From contig CAVVXE010000004.1 in NCBI GenBank assembly GCA_963752165.1, positions 5,437 through 69,436 on the forward strand: a DNA stretch of 64,000 nucleotides, given 5' to 3'. Both the position numbers and the translations under genes were made by a program. The stretch comes from an uncultured Flavobacteriaceae bacterium (lineage in GTDB: Bacteria > Bacteroidota > Bacteroidia > Flavobacteriales > Flavobacteriaceae). This document shows, in pieces, positions 56,221 to 63,303 of this stretch (its first letter is position 1; every line of letters begins with the position of its first letter). A model generated the notes under the pieces. It ran no database searches. It was given only the letters and a program-made list of their open reading frames with translations, and was not told the DNA's origin.

Positions 56221-57570
56221 ATGAAAAACTTAAAAATGAAACTACTAACCACAGCAATTGCCTTGATTGGATGGTATTCGGTCGCTATTGCACAGGACAA
56301 GCCAAAACAAATTACACTTTTTACCAATGTACAGGTATTTGATGGCGTATCCGATAAACGGTTCAAATCGGATGTTTTGGTTGAAGGAAACATCATCAAA
56401 CAAATATCTAAAGAACCTTTGATGGTTGCACAAACTGATAATGTGACCATCATAAACGGTGAAGGGCGCACGCTGATGCCTGGCCTTACAGATTGTCATT
56501 GGCACAGCATGGGGGCCTATATGACTGAGAACCCGTTTGCGGCTGGTGCGGGCAAACTAAATCTCGTGGCGGTCCATGGGTCGGAAAAGACGCTTATGCG
56601 GGGCTTCACCACAGTGAGAGACGTGGGCGGCCCTGTATTTGATGTAAAGGCGGTAATCGACGAGGGTATGTTCGTTGGCCCCCGGATCTACGCTGCGGGT
56701 TCGATGATTTCCCAAACATCTGGACATGGCGATTTCCGTAGCCCGATTGATATCCCTCAAAGCTATTCACGACAGCTTACTCCGCAAGAAAGGATGGGTA
56801 CGGTCGCGATCGCAGACGGCAGGGCACAAGTCATGCAGCGCGTGCGCGAGAACCTGATGCATGGGGCGGCCTTTATCAAGCTCATGGGCGGTGGAGGTGT
56901 CGCTTCCCCTTCGGATCCTCTCGACGTATCGCAATACACCATCGATGAAATCGCTGCAGCAGTTGAAGTCGCGGAGAACTGGGGCACCTATGTGACCGTT
57001 CACTCCTATACCGCGAAGGCGATCCAGAACGCGATCCGCGGCGGTGTCCGTAATGTAGAGCACGGCCAGTTGATTGACGAGGAAACAGCAAAACTTATGA
57101 AGGAGAAGAATACTTCAGTTGTTATGCAGCCCTTCTATAACGATGAGGATGCCATCCCACTGCCAAAAGGTTCATTTGCGGAAAAAAAATACCAGCAACT
57201 GATCTCAGGAACCGATAATGCCTACGCCTTAGCAAAGAAATATAACTTGCTCCTCGGATTTGGGACAGATTCGCAGGGTAATCCGGCACTCGCAGAGCGT
57301 CAGGGGGCTCAGTTGGCGAAGCTCGTCCGCTATTTCGAGCCGTGGGAAGTGCTGAAGATTGCGACCAGCCAGAACTATCAGATCATGAAGCGTTCCGGGC
57401 CTCGTGATCCCTATCCCGGTGAGAACGGTGTGGTTAAAGAAGGTGCATTAGCCGACCTGCTTTTGGTAGACGGAAATCCCCTGGAGGATATTGACCTCAT
57501 TGCCGATCCGCATAAAAACTTCGTGATCATCATGAAAGACGGCGTGATCTACAAAAATTCTATAAAATAA
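56221..57570 (+). CDS. amidohydrolase-family metallohydrolase (Xaa-Pro dipeptidase-like), exported
   Basis: Signal peptide, then PGLTDCHWH, VTVHSYT, NVEHG and a C-terminal GALADLLLVDGNPLEDI motif. The first ~250 nt are AT-rich and the remainder GC-rich. Confidence 0.8.
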   Translation: MKNLKMKLLTTAIALIGWYSVAIAQDKPKQITLFTNVQVFDGVSDKRFKSDVLVEGNIIKQISKEPLMVAQTDNVTIINGEGRTLMPGLTDCHWHSMGAYMTENPFAAGAGKLNLVAVHGSEKTLMRGFTTVRDVGGPVFDVKAVIDEGMFVGPRIYAAGSMISQTSGHGDFRSPIDIPQSYSRQLTPQERMGTVAIADGRAQVMQRVRENLMHGAAFIKLMGGGGVASPSDPLDVSQYTIDEIAAAVEVAENWGTYVTVHSYTAKAIQNAIRGGVRNVEHGQLIDEETAKLMKEKNTSVVMQPFYNDEDAIPLPKGSFAEKKYQQLISGTDNAYALAKKYNLLLGFGTDSQGNPALAERQGAQLAKLVRYFEPWEVLKIATSQNYQIMKRSGPRDPYPGENGVVKEGALADLLLVDGNPLEDIDLIADPHKNFVIIMKDGVIYKNSIK

Positions 57571-57575
57571 AAAGA

Positions 57576-57620
57576 AGAGAGCTCTGCCCGTAAAGCAGAG
57601 CCTCTTTAAAACAGAAAATT
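57576..57620 (+). terminator. hairpin element copy 3
   Basis: agagagctctgc-ccgtaaa-gcagagcctct followed by ttaaaacagaaaatt. Confidence 0.65.
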
Positions 57621-57799
57621 AAGGCAATTTTAAAAAACAAACCGCTTTTTCTTTTCGCCTTTGGTTTTGTTTTGACTAAATAACGACAAGAAAATTGTGT
57701 GTCACATCCAAAATGATCTATGATAAATAGATGAACAAAAGTTTATAAACAAAAAGGACGCTTCAATAAGAGAAGTATTCTTTAATACAGATAGCTAAA

Positions 57800-59380
57800 A
57801 TGAAAGAATCAAATATGAAAGAATCAAATATGTTCGATGACGACGCGGCCAGCCTCGCGCGGCTGTGCGACACCGGCCTATCCCTAGACCCGCAGCGAAT
57901 CGCCCTCATCCAGGACAAGCGGTCCATGACGTATGCAGAGCTCGAGCAGCGCATCAATCGGGTCGCCAATGGGCTGATCTCGCTCGGAGTAGAGCCGTTC
58001 GAGCGCGTCCTCGTCATCTTCGAGAACGACATCCGCTTCCCCGAAGTCCTGCTCGGTATCGTCAGGGCCGGCGCCGTAGCGGTCCCGGTCAACTTCAAGT
58101 TCAAGTTGCCGCAGCACATCGATCTGGCTCAGGACTGTGGGAGTCGCATCATCTTCGGCAGCGCCGGGATGGCCGAATCTGTCCTCGGCTGCCTGGCCGA
58201 GGGGGGTGCCGAGGTCGGTATCGTCGTCGATGCCGACCGGGGTCCGCTTCGAAGCTATGAGGACTGGCTGGCCTCATCTTCGCCCGAACACTGCGATCAT
58301 GGGTCGGCCGGCAGGGAGGTCTGCATCCAGGCGTACACCTCGGGCTCGACCGGACGGCCCAAGGGGGTTCTTCTCTCGCACCGTGGGCTTCTGCGTAACG
58401 CTCAGCTCCTGGCGGAGTACAACCGGATCGACGAGAACTCACGGGTCTTGTTGTCGACGCCGCTCTTCCACATGAACGCCACTGGCGCGGGGCTCCTCCC
58501 ATGCCTGAGCCAGGGTGGCTCGGTGGTCATTCTCAAGGAGTTCGACGCGGAGCGCGTGATCGACGCGATTGAGACGCACGGCTGCACGTACACCACCGGT
58601 GTACCGGCCACGTACAAGCTGATTCTGGATGCCGCGCGACAAAGAACGCAGGTGGATGTCTCCAGCCTCGAGTTCATCACAGTGGGGTCTGCTCCCATGA
58701 CACGAGCGCTTCTCGACGAACTGGTCCAGACCTTGCCGGGTGTCGATGTGATCGAAGGGTACGGGCTGACGGAATCTGGGCCCATCATCACCATGAATCC
58801 ACGCGGCCGAAACAAGCTGGGCACGATTGGTCCCGCTCTTCCGGGCTTCGAGTGCAAGGTCATCGACTCCGACGGGAACATTTTGCCACAGGGAGAGGCG
58901 GGAGAACTTGTCGTGCGGAGCGAGTGCAACGCCCTCGGCTATTACAACCGGCCGGACGCCCAGGCAGAGCGCTTCCGGGACGGCTGGGTGTATACCGCGG
59001 ATATGGTGTCGTGCGACCCCGACGGCTGGTTCACCTTCAGGGGGCGCGTCGACGACCAGATACAAGTGGGAGGCGAGAACGTCTTCCCGGCCGAAGTCGA
59101 GAACATCCTCTCCACGAATCCGGAAGTGCGGGACGTCTGTGTCGTTCCTGTACCCCACAAGGTGAAGGGCCAGGTTCCGGTGGCATTCGTGGTACGCAAG
59201 GTCGGGTCGAAGCTCAGCGAGAAGGAACTTATCGACTACTACATTGAGCGCGGACCCGCGTATTCCCATCCGCGCCATATCTACTTCATCGACGAGATGC
59301 CACTCTTGGGGACCAAGAAAACAGACCTGAAGGCTCTTCAAAGACAGGCTCTTGAAAGGCAGGCTCGCGAGTCAGGTTAA
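57800..59380 (+). CDS. AMP-dependent synthetase/ligase (acyl-CoA synthetase, ANL superfamily)
   Basis: AMP-binding signature YTSGSTGRPKGV plus GYGLTESG and a C-terminal LGTKKTDLKAL-type lysine region. It is very GC-rich and carries many shadow ORFs. The true start may be ATG 57830 (MFDDD...). Confidence 0.85.
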   Translation: MKESNMKESNMFDDDAASLARLCDTGLSLDPQRIALIQDKRSMTYAELEQRINRVANGLISLGVEPFERVLVIFENDIRFPEVLLGIVRAGAVAVPVNFKFKLPQHIDLAQDCGSRIIFGSAGMAESVLGCLAEGGAEVGIVVDADRGPLRSYEDWLASSSPEHCDHGSAGREVCIQAYTSGSTGRPKGVLLSHRGLLRNAQLLAEYNRIDENSRVLLSTPLFHMNATGAGLLPCLSQGGSVVILKEFDAERVIDAIETHGCTYTTGVPATYKLILDAARQRTQVDVSSLEFITVGSAPMTRALLDELVQTLPGVDVIEGYGLTESGPIITMNPRGRNKLGTIGPALPGFECKVIDSDGNILPQGEAGELVVRSECNALGYYNRPDAQAERFRDGWVYTADMVSCDPDGWFTFRGRVDDQIQVGGENVFPAEVENILSTNPEVRDVCVVPVPHKVKGQVPVAFVVRKVGSKLSEKELIDYYIERGPAYSHPRHIYFIDEMPLLGTKKTDLKALQRQALERQARESG

Positions 59381-59810
59381 GGAACGGGGCCTTCTCCGCT
59401 CCCCCGCTGAATTGCCATAGCGAGTGTTTACCGGACTTGGAGCCCGGGACGGGGCTTGCATCGCCTACCCACGATGATAATCGATCAGGACATCGGCACC
59501 GTCAAGAAGTCCTTCCCGCTGACCCGGTTGGCCAGGTTGTCTTTATTGTCGATGCAGAGGTAAGGGGTGCTAAGGCGTGGGATCTCTTCAAAAAAGGGGC
59601 TTTCCTTTTCGCATACAGAAGGGATTACTGATTGGAATTCGCTTTTTCAATGAGTTCTTAACAGTACGTCGGGCCCTGGCGGGATTGATGACGTGCAACC
59701 GCATTTTGCAATAAAAATGACAATAGTAGCAACTGATCTACTGATCCAAGTTACTTTTCCTTCTTTATTTGTAAGCGGAAAATTTTTTCTGTTTATAAAT
59801 AATTTTTTGA

Positions 59811-59879
59811 AACGAACTATCTCCGAGGCAGAGCCATAGTAGTACCTGCCGGCCGGCAGGCAGGTTTCGCTCGTTTCAT
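59811..59879. repeat. structured intergenic element with 16-bp perfect palindrome
   Basis: gaaacga...ccgaggcagagccatag...CCTGCCGGCCGGCAGG...tcgtttc. Outer 7-bp arms GAAACGA/TCGTTTC. The gaggcagagcc motif recurs at ~59983. Confidence 0.5.
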
Positions 59880-60018
59880 ACGCAATCAAGTTGAGCACAA
59901 GCTTTGACCTAAAAAGGTCAAAAAACAAAATTATTTGATTTGGATTCCAGTTTTCACTGGAATAACATTTTATCGGATACCTCGAGGCAGAGCCTAGAGG
60001 AATTCTTTTTGATTAAAT

Positions 60019-60426
60019 TTATATACTTGTTGAATTTCCTTGTTCATCGATATGAACAAATATCATTTCAGTTGCACATACCTCTTTCTGTGACCTTGTG
60101 TTAAACACTTGTACATACATTGTTATTGAAGTTTTACCAATGCCTGTAATGGTACCGTTGATACTTATAATGTCCTTAACTTTTACAGGGGCTTCAAATA
60201 ATACTTCACTCATTTTCAATGTAACAACTCGTCTATGACCAATTACCTGAGAGACGTGTCCAGATGCAGCTTCATCAATCCATTGTAAAAGGAATCCACC
60301 AAATAAATTATCATTAAGGCCAACATCTTTAGTCATGCAAACCTTCTTTTGCATGAGTTGACGTTCTAAGTACCCTTGATCTATTCCTAGTCTTTTGCAC
60401 TTAGCATTTATATCTTCATTTACCAT
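60019..60426 (-). CDS. acyl-CoA thioesterase, hotdog fold (YciA-like)
   Basis: 135 aa. LFGGFLLQWIDEAASGHVSQ...VVTLKMSEVLFEAPVKVKDIISING pattern. Confidence 0.7.
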   Translation of the reverse strand: MVNEDINAKCKRLGIDQGYLERQLMQKKVCMTKDVGLNDNLFGGFLLQWIDEAASGHVSQVIGHRRVVTLKMSEVLFEAPVKVKDIISINGTITGIGKTSITMYVQVFNTRSQKEVCATEMIFVHIDEQGNSTSI

Positions 60427-60442
60427 TTTATCCTATAATTTG

Positions 60443-60646
60443 TTAACACTCAACTGCTGCTTGTAAGCAGCTTGCTTTATTATTTGATACTCTATTTACC
60501 AATCCCCACTGATAAGCTTTATCTATAGCTATAAAAGTACCTGAATAGATAAGCTCTTTTGCTCGGTAGCGACCAATGTATTTTGGAAGTCTTTGGGTTC
60601 CACCAAAAGCAGGTAATACACCCCCATTTAACCTTAGGCTGTCCAA
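60443..60646 (-). pseudogene. internal fragment of an enoyl-CoA hydratase/isomerase (crotonase) gene
   Basis: LNGGVLPAFGGTQRLPKYIGRYRAKELIYSGTFIAIDKAYQWGLVNRV is the crotonase core. There is no N-terminal half upstream, where the GC-rich porin gene stop lies at 60717, and the frame ends prematurely. Confidence 0.65.
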
Positions 60647-60716
60647 AAACTGCTTGCTTCATTGCAAAAATAAAATCCCTAGGGTGCATTTGGGCGCATC
60701 CGGGCCTCTGTTGGGA

Positions 60717-62093
60717 TCAGAATGTCATTTGGCCTCGCAAACCGAACACGGCTACAGCATTCTTGTCGGGGTTCAAAGCCGGATTAAAAACAATTTGCAG
60801 GTTGGGCGACATCCTTAGGTTCTCGGTAACCTGGATCCTGAAGTAGACCTCGCTTATCCATTGGTCGTTGAGGTCGACCCCGAACGTAGCCGAATTAGGG
60901 CTGCCCCAGTTGAGGCCGACGCCAAGCTGGTGACTGCCGGGCTTGCTCTGGTATCCAAAACCAGCGCTTACCGCCTTATCGTAAAGGCCCCCGCCTTCAT
61001 GAGCCCAAGCGGCACGCAAGAACGGCAACCAGTGATTGCCCACAACATGGGAGAAAGACACATTGACGCCCCATCCGCTCTTCACGCCGCTAACGTCACT
61101 ATCATCCTGCTGCCAGACCGCGATATGCGCATTGTTGAACAAAAATCGCTTGCCACCTTCGGTGATCCCGATCTCCACGCTCTTCCAGGTGTTGAAGTCA
61201 CCGAAGAAAGTCTCGAAGCCGCTGAACATGGATGTCGGCTGGAAACCGGCGTCGATGATGCTGGCCGCCGCATAAACGTGGTCGGTCAGATAGCCGCCGA
61301 TCATCACGCCAAGCGCAGCGTCCGGCAACGTAATCATCGTGTTTGAGCCGATGGTAAAGGCCAGATTGTGAAAGCCGCTCCAAGGACTGGCCAACGCGTA
61401 AATATCGAAATATTCCTTCATATCAAGAAAGCCGACACGGAAGACAGCACGGTCCTCGGCGAAGACCTGCTTCCAATAGAGCGTGGTCGCGCGAAAGTGA
61501 TCGTTGTTGAAGACAGGTTCTGGCGTACCGACAAACCCGACTTCTACGCCGAAGGCTGCCGGTAAGATGTCGGTGTAGGCGTGCCGGTGTTCGATCTTGA
61601 ACTCAATGCTACCGGTGTTCGCTTTGCCGCGGTTCAGCAAGTCCCAGCCCCCAAAGAAGCGGAAGACCCCAGAGGCCGATGTGTTTTCGCCGAGGCTGTT
61701 GGTCGCGGCGAAACCCACTGCGAGGTAATCGCCGCCGAACCTGAGCCCTATGCTATCGGCAATACCAGCCTTCCATTTTTCCCACGGTTCGAGGAGATTG
61801 AGGTTGAAAAGATCTTTCTTCTCCTCGCGAGTATCCCTCAGGAGCGTATTAACTGCGTCGGGTCCACTCAAAGGGTCATGTTTAAGGTCCTGCGCGAAGG
61901 CAGGTTGCCAGCACATAGAGAATAAGAGCGCAGCCAGTGCCGCGACTCTCAGCCTTGGTGACAACAGGGCGTCTGCCGCACAGTAAAGATGCCCAAGGAG
62001 GGCGTTTCGCCCGGCGCTCAGACAAGAGCAACAGCCGACTTGGTCCAGGCGGCTGCGCATCGTGATTAAGGAAGATTGTAGTAAGCTCATCAT
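60717..62093 (-). CDS. carbohydrate-selective porin OprB-family-like outer-membrane channel
   Basis: GC-rich ORF ending in ...VFGLRGQMTF, with the leader RLRVAALAALLFSMCWQPAFAQ. Start placed at MMSLL (62093), but MRSRL (62060) is also possible. The track ORF start 62207 reads through a crotonase remnant in another frame. Confidence 0.6.
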   Translation of the reverse strand: MMSLLQSSLITMRSRLDQVGCCSCLSAGRNALLGHLYCAADALLSPRLRVAALAALLFSMCWQPAFAQDLKHDPLSGPDAVNTLLRDTREEKKDLFNLNLLEPWEKWKAGIADSIGLRFGGDYLAVGFAATNSLGENTSASGVFRFFGGWDLLNRGKANTGSIEFKIEHRHAYTDILPAAFGVEVGFVGTPEPVFNNDHFRATTLYWKQVFAEDRAVFRVGFLDMKEYFDIYALASPWSGFHNLAFTIGSNTMITLPDAALGVMIGGYLTDHVYAAASIIDAGFQPTSMFSGFETFFGDFNTWKSVEIGITEGGKRFLFNNAHIAVWQQDDSDVSGVKSGWGVNVSFSHVVGNHWLPFLRAAWAHEGGGLYDKAVSAGFGYQSKPGSHQLGVGLNWGSPNSATFGVDLNDQWISEVYFRIQVTENLRMSPNLQIVFNPALNPDKNAVAVFGLRGQMTF

Positions 62094-62094
62094 T

Positions 62095-62256
62095 TTAGGA
62101 TCTTGTAAAAACTGGGTGTCTTTTCTCAACAAATGCTTTGGTACCTTCTGCTTTGTCATGAGAGTTAGCAACCACTCCAAAAACTGTTGCTTCCTGGTGG
62201 ATACCATCTTTATCGTATGTATTGATTGTTTTATAACTAGTACTCATTTTTTTCAT
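62095..62256 (-). pseudogene. C-terminal remnant of a crotonase-fold gene
   Basis: 53-codon AT-rich ORF: MKKMSTSYKTINTYDKDGIHQEATVFGVVANSHDKAEGTKAFVEKRHPVFTRS. EG..AF.EKR.P.F is the canonical crotonase C-terminus. Confidence 0.5.
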
Positions 62257-62307
62257 TTAATATTTATCTAATTGTTTGTTTTTCTACTGGCTTACCCCAT
62301 TCTCAAG

Positions 62308-62337
62308 TTACCTCCAGGCGCGTTTGCCTGGAGGTAA
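62308..62337 (-). terminator. perfect 12-bp-stem hairpin downstream of the MarC gene
   Basis: ttacctccaggc-gcgttt-gcctggaggtaa. Confidence 0.5.
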
Positions 62338-62409
62338 GCATTGGATAAGCTTTTGTTGTCGTTTGATGACATCAATTAGCAGGCTGCAGCCGCCATTGTA
62401 AATGGTAGC

Positions 62410-63039
62410 TTAGCCCTTGGCTGGAAGTTCTTGCAGTACCCCGAGATCGGTTAGACCCCAAATCATCAACTGAATCCCCAAAGCGACTAGCAATAATCCC
62501 ACAATAACTGACACCACTTTAAGCGCTGCCGGGCCTATCGCGCTAAGAATCTTATGCGCCCCCAAAAGAAAGACAAAGTTAAATGCCATAACCGCGAGTA
62601 TCAATCCTATCATTAACGCCATTTCACTCGTTCCAGGTGCGGCTGCAGATAAGGTAACAATCGCAACAAGGCCATGAGGTGTTGCCATCAATGGCATGGC
62701 CAGAGGGAAAACGGCGATATTGGGCGATAGTTCCACATCGGCGTTCGCCCCTTCTTGTGACTTGCTTCCAAGCACCATTTCGAGTGCATAGAGCATCAAA
62801 ATAACTCCCCCTGCAAACTTCAAAGCGGGAATTGATATGTGAAACACATCCAGCAGGAATTCGCCGGCAACCACAAAAAGGATTGATACGATAGTTGCTA
62901 CTAGCACCGTTCTTATAGCGATGCGGCGCCTTAAGCCGGCATCGGCATCGGATGTCAATGTAGCATACACAATTGCCGATTTAAGCGGCCCCAGAGTAAT
63001 TAAAAAAATTACAAAAAGTTCTGATATTCCAAAATTCAT
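62410..63039 (-). CDS. MarC-family (UPF0056) integral membrane protein
   Basis: 209-aa polytopic protein. N-terminal FVIFLITLGPLKSAIVYATLT resembles the MarC family start. Confidence 0.7.
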   Translation of the reverse strand: MNFGISELFVIFLITLGPLKSAIVYATLTSDADAGLRRRIAIRTVLVATIVSILFVVAGEFLLDVFHISIPALKFAGGVILMLYALEMVLGSKSQEGANADVELSPNIAVFPLAMPLMATPHGLVAIVTLSAAAPGTSEMALMIGLILAVMAFNFVFLLGAHKILSAIGPAALKVVSVIVGLLLVALGIQLMIWGLTDLGVLQELPAKG

Positions 63040-63212
63040 CTTTTTACTTTATTTAGTTATGTTTTTTTATTTTCTCAGTAGGTCAGCTCAAGGCTGAAAA
63101 CTGATGGCTATTTAGCTTTCCATCCTGGTGCAAGTTTTTCTGCAAAAGCACGGGTACCTTCTGTGCGTCGATAGGTCTATTGGTATCTTATCAGGATGTT
63201 AATCCCAATTAA

Positions 63213-63237
63213 AGAAGGTCGAAAATCTCGACCTTCT
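63213..63237 (-). terminator. terminator of the enoyl-CoA hydratase gene
   Basis: agaaggtcga-aaatc-tcgaccttct has perfect 10-bp arms, followed on the minus strand by tttaatt. Confidence 0.6.
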
Positions 63238-63303
63238 TGCACCATTCGTTCGGCAACTCAGGCATCACAGCTCGAGTAACCCCTCGCTTTGTAAGTAGCA
63301 AGT

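Noticed and set aside
57865-59341. Many long overlapping ORFs on both strands inside 57.8-59.4 kb, and similar sets at 47.4-48.6, 52.2-52.7, 56.5-57.1 and 60.8-62.0 kb
   Set aside because: This is the classic high-GC artefact, since stop codons are rare in all frames. The translations are Arg/Pro/Gly-rich, and one frame in each region has unambiguous enzyme motifs.
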